Below, one piece after another: positions 1 through 5,699 of a stretch of 12,793 nucleotides of DNA (within the stretch, counting starts at the first letter, position 1; each line of letters opens with the position of its first letter). The notes under the pieces are model-generated. The model did no database searches. It was not told where the DNA came from and saw only the letters and a list, made by a program, of their open reading frames with translations. Source of the DNA: a candidate division WOR-3 bacterium (lineage in GTDB: Bacteria > Hydrothermota > Tepidihabitantia > Tepidihabitantales > DTDR01); contig JBDRVN010000047.1 of the NCBI GenBank assembly GCA_039801885.1, positions 1 to 12,793 on the forward strand. The letters run 5' to 3'. Both the position numbers and the translations under genes were made by a program.

Positions 1-32
1 TCTTTCTTTTCTTCACTTAAATACAACTTCAT
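1..32 (-). CDS. 5' end of a gene running off the left edge (MKLYLSEEKK...), product unknown
   Basis: Minus-strand ATG at 32-30, preceded by AAAAAGGAGAGATT (SD-like AGGAG). The frame is open to the window edge and an ECF-like promoter lies upstream. Only 10 codons are visible. Confidence 0.6.
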   Translation of the reverse strand, partial: MKLYLSEEKK

Positions 33-66
33 AATCTCTCCTTTTTATATTTTCCCTTATATATAT

Positions 67-92
67 AACGGATAACAAGGCAAAAAGGTTAC
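67..92 (-). promoter_or_regulatory. Putative ECF sigma factor promoter for the left-edge gene
   Basis: Minus strand reads GTAACC(92-87)-N16-CGTT(70-67), matching the general ECF AAC(-35)/CGT(-10) consensus, about 35 nt upstream of the ATG at 32. Confidence 0.55.
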
Positions 93-252
93 CACTTTTT
101 TTATTATTGACATTTAGATATTAAATTAAGGTGGGCAAGTGCCTTGCTCTTGCTCGCTTAAATTTCTCCCTTTTATTTATATTAAGGGAATCAAAGCCAG
201 GGGCTTTGTGAAAAAGGAGTCCAAAAGATTACTACTTTTTTTATTATTGACA
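83..252. repeat. 30-bp direct repeat, two copies (83-112 and 223-252), 28/30 identical
   Basis: aaaaggttaccactttttttattattgaca vs aaaagattactactttttttattattgaca, with a period of 140 bp. Confidence 0.9.
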
Positions 253-357
253 AAATAATTTTAAAAAGGAGAGAAAAAAGATGTGTTAAAAAATCTCATT
301 TTATTATCCAAAAATTATTAAACCACCACTATATATATTCTATTGTTTGTAGTTTAA

Positions 358-777
358 TTATTTTGGTTGTTTAAAAATTATCTCTCCTTTATTGTTCCAG
401 ATTGCTAATCCACCATCATTTTTAGTAGCACCCATTCCGGCAACTACTCTTCTCTCATTATTAGAAACCCCAAAATCGCCACCATATTGAGCAGCAGCCA
501 TTGAGGCGACTAATTCCCCTTCGTTATTAGCAATTCCAAAAGTGCCGCCATATATAAAAGCAGTAATCCCACAAATCCGTTTTCCTTGGTTATTATAAAT
601 AAATAAAGAACCGCCATATTCGGTTGCTTTCATTAGAAATAAGACCTTGCCATCTTCACTAACAAACTGAAGCCCTTCCTTGGGAATTATTATTTTGTTA
701 ACTTTTTGAGTTTGACAAGCATTGAAAATAAGAATAATTAATAAACCAAAAAATAATAAAAAATATTTGTTTCTCAT
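358..777 (-). CDS. Putative lipoprotein with tandem 22-aa glycine-rich beta repeats (hypothetical)
   Basis: Basic N-terminus, hydrophobic stretch and FNA-C21 (lipobox-like). YGG occurs at residues 54/76/98 and NN at 62/84/106/128. SD GAGGA at 785-781. Confidence 0.8.
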   Translation of the reverse strand: MRNKYFLLFFGLLIILIFNACQTQKVNKIIIPKEGLQFVSEDGKVLFLMKATEYGGSLFIYNNQGKRICGITAFIYGGTFGIANNEGELVASMAAAQYGGDFGVSNNERRVVAGMGATKNDGGLAIWNNKGEIIFKQPK

Positions 778-810
778 TTTTCCTCTTTTTTATTTTTCAA
801 CACCTACTAA

Positions 811-838
811 AAGATAGCAAAGTTTTTTAAAATGTCAA
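811..838 (-). promoter_or_regulatory. Sigma70-type promoter for the repeat lipoprotein
   Basis: Minus strand TTGACA(838-833)-N16-TATCTT(816-811) with an extended -10 TGn. It would give a short leader containing the SD. Confidence 0.55.
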
Positions 839-847
839 GGTGAATTT

Positions 848-1831
848 TTATATCTTATAAACCTGGAAATCTTCTCTTTTGGGTGTGCTGGCAATGGTGA
901 TTTTTTCTTCTTTTATTATCTCTTTGCCTTTTTTGATAAGGCAAGTGAATTCTTTTCTTTTATCTTTGGAATAGGCAGTGATTAACCAAAAAGCCTTATC
1001 TTGAATCTCGTTTTCGGATGAAAGTAAAACGGGAGCATTAAAATCTTTCGGAATTACTAAAAAGTAATTTTTAACTTCGCCAATTTTTATTAATCTCTCG
1101 TTCTCTTCTTTATTTCGACCAATCACATATTTTTTACCCAAAATCCGAAAATGGCGACCAATCTTTAAAATCTCAATATCTAATAAATCAAAATCTTTTT
1201 TTAAGTTCTCTTTAAAATCTTTTAATCTTTTTGAGAAATTTTCATCAACTAATAAACAACCACAAGATGTTGGCGGAACTTCTAAAATACCAAATTCTTG
1301 TAGTAATCTTATCTGTTCTTTTCTTTGCCTTCCTTTTATTCCGTAAAGTTTTTCTCTATCAATTAAGCCTTTCTCTTCAAAAATAGTTGGCGGTAATAAT
1401 TTTGCTGATAATGGTCTTAAAACAATCCCTTTCACATCGGCTTCTTTTTCAATTATTATTAATTGATGAAGGTATTGGCTTTTTGGTCTTTGGGATAAAA
1501 CTTCACCGGTAATTAGTAAATCGCCCTTTATTTCTTCCAAATATTTCTTTGCCTTTTTAAAAAGATATATCCGACAATCAATACAAGGGTTCATTCCTCG
1601 ACCATAACCATATTTTGGCTGAAAAATTACTTCCTTTATGTAATCAATACCAGCAAAAGATAGTTTAATATTTTTTAAAAATGAAATCTTGTTATCACAA
1701 GTTTTCGGACATTTACAAAAAGGTGTTTTTAAATGATAGGGATAAATTTCTATATCCAACTTCTCACAAATAAGACCAGCCAAAGTAGAATCTAATCCAC
1801 CGGAATATAATAAAACACCTTTAAGTTTCAT
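848..1831 (-). CDS. PP-loop ATPase, ThiI/MnmA-like tRNA thiouridine synthase family (no N-terminal THUMP domain)
   Basis: SGGLDS PP-loop at the N-terminus, plus YGYGRGMNPCIDCR, TGEVLSQRPKSQ, LRPLSAKLL, GCLL, GRHFR and GRNKEEN, which are motifs typical of this family. Confidence 0.8.
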   Translation of the reverse strand: MKLKGVLLYSGGLDSTLAGLICEKLDIEIYPYHLKTPFCKCPKTCDNKISFLKNIKLSFAGIDYIKEVIFQPKYGYGRGMNPCIDCRIYLFKKAKKYLEEIKGDLLITGEVLSQRPKSQYLHQLIIIEKEADVKGIVLRPLSAKLLPPTIFEEKGLIDREKLYGIKGRQRKEQIRLLQEFGILEVPPTSCGCLLVDENFSKRLKDFKENLKKDFDLLDIEILKIGRHFRILGKKYVIGRNKEENERLIKIGEVKNYFLVIPKDFNAPVLLSSENEIQDKAFWLITAYSKDKRKEFTCLIKKGKEIIKEEKITIASTPKREDFQVYKI

Positions 1832-1838
1832 AAATTAT

Positions 1839-1875
1839 ATTATATTTTGACTTTTTTGAAAATTCAAATTAAAAT
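1839..1875. promoter_or_regulatory. Overlapping divergent sigma70 promoters
   Basis: Plus strand: TTGACT(1847-1852)-N17-TAAAAT(1870-1875)-6 nt-ATG1882. Minus strand: TTGAAT(1867-1862)-N17-TATAAT(1844-1839)-7 nt-ATG1831. Confidence 0.75.
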
Positions 1876-1881
1876 AAGAAG

Positions 1882-2943
1882 ATGCCAAGAATATGTGAAC
1901 TTCCTTTACATTATGGCGAGGCACCAAGATGGTTATTCTCTTTGATGGTGAGATTGGGAATAAAGATTATTGAACTTTTTTTAATGGAGAAAGAACCGAG
2001 TTTTCTTTTAGAGAAACTTTCTGACCCTTTTTGGTTTCAGGCACTTGGTTGTGTTTTAGGTTTTGATTGGCATTCATCAGGATTGACAACAACTGTTTGT
2101 GCGGCATTGAAACAGGCAGTAAGAGAATTATCTTTAAAAGAGATAATTATTGCCGGTGGTAAAGGAAAGACGGCATTAAATACTCCTAACGAGTTGGATG
2201 AAATCGGCAATAAATTGGGAATAGATACTTCTCCTTTAATCTTTGCTTCCAAAACGACTGCGAAAATTGATTCGGTTGCCTTACAAGATGGTTATTCTTT
2301 ATATCACCATACAATTTTTGCGACAAAAGATGGTGAATGGGTTGTTATCCAGCAAGGAATGAATTCTAATACTTCTTTGGCAAGAAGATACCATTGGCAT
2401 TCAAAAGAGTTAAAAAGTTATGTCTGCGAACCCCATAAGGCAGTTGTCTCTTTAAAATCTCATAAAAAAGTATTAAATTTGGTTGCCTATGAGAATGAGA
2501 ATATAAGAAAAACTATCTCAGAAATCTCCCAAAGACAACCAGAAAAAAATATAAAAGATTTATCTTATGTTCTCAGTCTAAAATTACCCAGAGAACATCC
2601 AGTAATAATTGAAGATTTTTCTTTAGAAAGATTACATAAAAAATTGACAAAAATATACCAAGAGAAGCCAAAAGATTTTTTATCTTTAATTAGTTTACAA
2701 GGAATAGGGGAGAAGACAATAAGGGCATTAACCTTGATTTCCCATTTGGTTTATAATGAAAATATTAGTTTTCGGGATGTAAGAATTTTCTCTTATGCCC
2801 ATGGTGGTAAAGATGGCCATCCTTATCCCATCATAAGAAAAGATTACGAACTAACAATCAATCTTTTAGAAAAGGCAATAAAAGAAAGTAAAATTGGTAG
2901 AGAAGAAAAGATTTCCGCCCTTAAAAGGCTGGCAGCAATTTGA
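1882..2943 (+). CDS. DUF763 family protein
   Basis: Family-typical motifs LPLHYG, DPFWFQALGCVLGFDWHSSGLTT, QDGYSLYHH, QQGMN, ARRYHW and FSYAHGGKDGHP. HhH-like LQGIGEKT near the C-terminus. Confidence 0.88.
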   Translation: MPRICELPLHYGEAPRWLFSLMVRLGIKIIELFLMEKEPSFLLEKLSDPFWFQALGCVLGFDWHSSGLTTTVCAALKQAVRELSLKEIIIAGGKGKTALNTPNELDEIGNKLGIDTSPLIFASKTTAKIDSVALQDGYSLYHHTIFATKDGEWVVIQQGMNSNTSLARRYHWHSKELKSYVCEPHKAVVSLKSHKKVLNLVAYENENIRKTISEISQRQPEKNIKDLSYVLSLKLPREHPVIIEDFSLERLHKKLTKIYQEKPKDFLSLISLQGIGEKTIRALTLISHLVYNENISFRDVRIFSYAHGGKDGHPYPIIRKDYELTINLLEKAIKESKIGREEKISALKRLAAI

Positions 2944-3860
2944 AACTTCCTAAAGAATTTATTTTAAGATACGAAAAAATTATCCCCGATTTTAATCTTT
3001 TTTTAGAGTATTTACAAAAGAGAGCAAAAATTTATATAAGAATAAATCCCTTAAAGGCAAACGAACAAGATAGGAAAGAGATTACAGAAAAGTATGATTG
3101 TGAGCAAGTTCCTTTTTATCCCTATGCCTTTAAGTTAAAGAGTGAAAGGGATGAAATCTCTATTGGCAATACTTTAGAACATTTTTTGGGTTATATCTAT
3201 GTCCAAGATATGGCTTCCATGATTCCACCAATTGTTTTGGAACCAAAGAAATATGAAAAAGTATTAGATTTAACTGCTGCTCCCGGTTCTAAAACAACTT
3301 TAATTTCAGCATTAATGGAAAATACCGGTTTAGTTGTTGCCAATGACATAAGTATTGATCGATTAAAAGCTCTAACTGGAAATATTGACCGAATGGGTTC
3401 TCTAAATGTTGTAATTACTAATCTTCACGGTGAAAGATTTGGCAATCTCTTTTTTGAATATTTTGATAAAGTCCTTTTAGATGCTCCTTGTAGTAGCGAA
3501 GGCACAATTAGTAAAAATTATGAAGTCCTAAACCACTGGAATGAATTCTATATTAATAAAATGGCAAAAACCCAAAAGAATTTAATTATCTCGGCTTTCA
3601 AAAGTCTTAAAAAAAGGGGAACCTTGGTTTATTCCACCTGCACTTTTGCACCCGAAGAGAACGAAGGAGTAATAAATTTTCTTTTAAATAAATATGAGGA
3701 TGTTATTTTAGAAGAGATAAATATCCCAGGAGTAAAAACCTGCGCAGGAATAATTGAATGGGAAGGATTTAAAAATGAAGAATTAAAAAAATGTATAAGG
3801 ATTTATCCCCATTATAATGAATGTGAAGGATTTTTTGTCTGTAAGATAAAAAAAGTTTAA
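2940..3860 (+). CDS. RsmB/RsmF (NOL1/NOP2/Sun) family RNA cytosine-C5 methyltransferase
   Basis: YVQD, VLDLTAAPGSKT (SAM-binding), LDAPCSSEG (motif IV Cys) and YSTCT..PEENE (motif VI Cys). The TTG start overlaps the upstream TGA (TTGA). Confidence 0.92.
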   Translation: MKLPKEFILRYEKIIPDFNLFLEYLQKRAKIYIRINPLKANEQDRKEITEKYDCEQVPFYPYAFKLKSERDEISIGNTLEHFLGYIYVQDMASMIPPIVLEPKKYEKVLDLTAAPGSKTTLISALMENTGLVVANDISIDRLKALTGNIDRMGSLNVVITNLHGERFGNLFFEYFDKVLLDAPCSSEGTISKNYEVLNHWNEFYINKMAKTQKNLIISAFKSLKKRGTLVYSTCTFAPEENEGVINFLLNKYEDVILEEINIPGVKTCAGIIEWEGFKNEELKKCIRIYPHYNECEGFFVCKIKKV

Positions 3861-5023
3861 TGAGAACCAGAAAGATTGGGAGCGCCAATAATACTTGCTA
3901 ATGTTCCTGCTAAAAGACTGCCAAAAGGAGCAATACCAATAAATGCCATCGTATAAAAACTCATTACCCTTCCTCTTTTATCATCTTCAATAATTGTCTG
4001 TAATAAAGTATTGCTACCGGTCATATTTAAAATCATTCCAAAACCAGTAACAATCATCATCAAAAAGGAGAGTAAAAAATTTCGCGAAAGAGAAAAAAGG
4101 ATTAAACCGCATCCAAAGATTATTGGCGAAAAAGCAAGAATTCTTCCTAAACCTAAAACCGTTTTTCGAGAAGCAAGGTAAAGACCAGCAATCAAAGCAC
4201 CAATTCCCGAACCAGCCATTAAAAATCCAAAAGTATAAGCATTACCGTGTAAAATCTTAGAAGCAAAAATAGGCATAAGAATTGTGTAAGGCATACCAAC
4301 AAGACTGATCAATGCCAGAAGAAGAATAATATATCTTAATGGTGGGAAACCAAAGACATACCGAAAACCTTCTTTTAAATCTTTAAAAAGGGATAAAAAC
4401 TCTTTTTTATTTTCTATTTTATCATTAACAATTTCCATTTTCAAAAGAAAGATAATAACAAAAATATAACTAATCGCATTCACTAAAAAACATATTCCTT
4501 CATTAGTCAATGAGATTAATACTCCTGCCAAAGAAGGACCTAAAAGCCGAGCCATATTAACCATTAAAGAATTTAAGGCAATGGCATTACCCAAATCTTC
4601 TTTTTTGTCAATTAGTTCAACAATAAAAGCCTGCCTTAAAGGCATATCAAAAGCATTGATAACTGCCAGAAATATACTCAAAATAAATATCTGCCAAATG
4701 GTTAAAATTTTTAAAATATAAAGAAAAAAAATTAATAAAGCCTGAAACATTGCTAAAATCTGGGTGATAACCAAAGTATGATATTTATTCCAACGGTCAA
4801 CCAAAACACCAGCAAAAGGAGTAAATAAAAAAGTCGGCACCTGACCAACAAAACCAACCGCACCCAAAAGAAAAGGAGAATTGGTTAGCCGATAGACTAA
4901 CCAAGGCATCGCCAATCTTTGTATCCAAGTTCCCACAAGAGAGATACTTTGGCCACTAAAATAGAGCCGAAAATTATAATATCTTAAAGAACGAAAAATA
5001 TTTTTAATACTTAAAAAATTCAC
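3857..5023 (-). CDS. MFS transporter (MFS_3 / EntS-like exporter group), apparently lacking the last TM helix
   Basis: Multiple hydrophobic helices and the motifs NFRLYFSGQSISLVGTW, AGVLVDRWNK (motif A), FDMPLRQ, ARLLGPSLAG and KRGRVMS. GTG start. Ends abruptly at GAPNLSGSH. Confidence 0.88.
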   Translation of the reverse strand: MNFLSIKNIFRSLRYYNFRLYFSGQSISLVGTWIQRLAMPWLVYRLTNSPFLLGAVGFVGQVPTFLFTPFAGVLVDRWNKYHTLVITQILAMFQALLIFFLYILKILTIWQIFILSIFLAVINAFDMPLRQAFIVELIDKKEDLGNAIALNSLMVNMARLLGPSLAGVLISLTNEGICFLVNAISYIFVIIFLLKMEIVNDKIENKKEFLSLFKDLKEGFRYVFGFPPLRYIILLLALISLVGMPYTILMPIFASKILHGNAYTFGFLMAGSGIGALIAGLYLASRKTVLGLGRILAFSPIIFGCGLILFSLSRNFLLSFLMMIVTGFGMILNMTGSNTLLQTIIEDDKRGRVMSFYTMAFIGIAPFGSLLAGTLASIIGAPNLSGSH

Positions 5024-5031
5024 CTTTAATA

Positions 5032-5098
5032 ATTATAATTAATAAAAAAGAAAAAGGCAATCTTTAGTATTTGATATTTCTAAAAAATAATCTAAAAT
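5032..5098. promoter_or_regulatory. Back-to-back divergent sigma70 promoters
   Basis: Minus strand: TTGCCT(5060-5055)-N17-TATAAT(5037-5032)-8 nt-GTG5023. Plus strand: TTGATA(5071-5076)-N16-TAAAAT(5093-5098)-6 nt-ATG5105. Confidence 0.65.
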
Positions 5099-5104
5099 GA
5101 GAAG

Positions 5105-5653
5105 ATGAGAAATATTCGACTAATTTTAATTCTGATCCTTATCAGTGTGATAATCTTAAGCGTATTTTATTTTTGGCAAAGATTAAAGAAAGAAGAAATT
5201 AAGATAGAATATTTTCCTATTTATGGAGCAGACAAAAAGGCGGAAAAAGAAGAAATAAATTTTTATGTTCCGATACCTAAAAAGCTACCTTTAATTGAAA
5301 AATTAAAAATAATTGCTGACCGGTTATCCCGATTTGAATTTGGTGGTTTATTAATTAATGTTTTAAAAATTGAAGAGAAGGATAATAAAAAAATTGCTAT
5401 TGTTGATTTACGAGAATTTACTTCTGCCGATTCTAATAATTCTTTCCCTTCTTGGCGAGCCGGATATTTTCAAGGTTCCACCGGCGGTTATTTTACAAGT
5501 TTAACTTTAATTAAATCTTTTTTGCAAGAAGATTATAAAGGAGAATGGATTGATGGAATAAAATTTTATTATGAGGGAAAACCAATATTAGAAGAGGAAT
5601 GGGAGCATATCTTCTTACATAAAACAATCTACCGATTTGAAAGAGAATATTAA
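5105..5653 (+). CDS. Membrane-anchored hypothetical protein, possibly GerMN-like fold
   Basis: N-terminal single TM helix (LILILILISVIILSVFYFW). The soluble domain has IAIVDL, FQGSTGG and IDGIKFYYEG, resembling the GerMN pattern. The fold call is inference. Confidence 0.7.
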   Translation: MRNIRLILILILISVIILSVFYFWQRLKKEEIKIEYFPIYGADKKAEKEEINFYVPIPKKLPLIEKLKIIADRLSRFEFGGLLINVLKIEEKDNKKIAIVDLREFTSADSNNSFPSWRAGYFQGSTGGYFTSLTLIKSFLQEDYKGEWIDGIKFYYEGKPILEEEWEHIFLHKTIYRFEREY

Positions 5654-5663
5654 ATAAAATTCT

Positions 5664-5692
5664 TTGACTTTTTTCTTTTATTCTCTTATAAT
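5664..5692 (+). promoter_or_regulatory. Sigma70 promoter of the metG operon
   Basis: TTGACT(5664-5669)-N17-TATAAT(5687-5692)-7 nt-ATG5700. Confidence 0.8.
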
Positions 5693-5699
5693 TTTTTCT

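Larger units (their letters stand above)
35..274. repeat. 13-bp perfect inverted repeat (35-47 / 262-274)
   Basis: tctctccttttta (35-47) is the exact reverse complement of taaaaaggagaga (262-274). Confidence 0.75.

Noticed and set aside
107..135. TTGACA at 107-112 (and 247-252) as plus-strand sigma70 promoters
   Set aside because: No TANNNT at 16-18 nt spacing and no substantial downstream plus-strand ORF.
129..219. Hairpin cluster as a tRNA or known riboswitch
   Set aside because: No acceptor stem, T-loop (TTCRA) or recognisable aptamer consensus.
83..252. Direct repeat as a minimal CRISPR array
   Set aside because: Only two copies with a 110-bp gap (far longer than a spacer), a low-complexity repeat, and no cas genes in the window.
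2037..2252. 71-aa minus-strand ORF
   Set aside because: Antisense shadow inside DUF763 with no motifs or initiation signals.
5664..5699. TTG start with MTFFFYSLIIFS extension of MetRS
   Set aside because: The TTG is the -35 box and the extension spans the promoter. MetRS homology starts at MRILVTSALPY (ATG5700). There is also no room for a T-box or SAM riboswitch leader.
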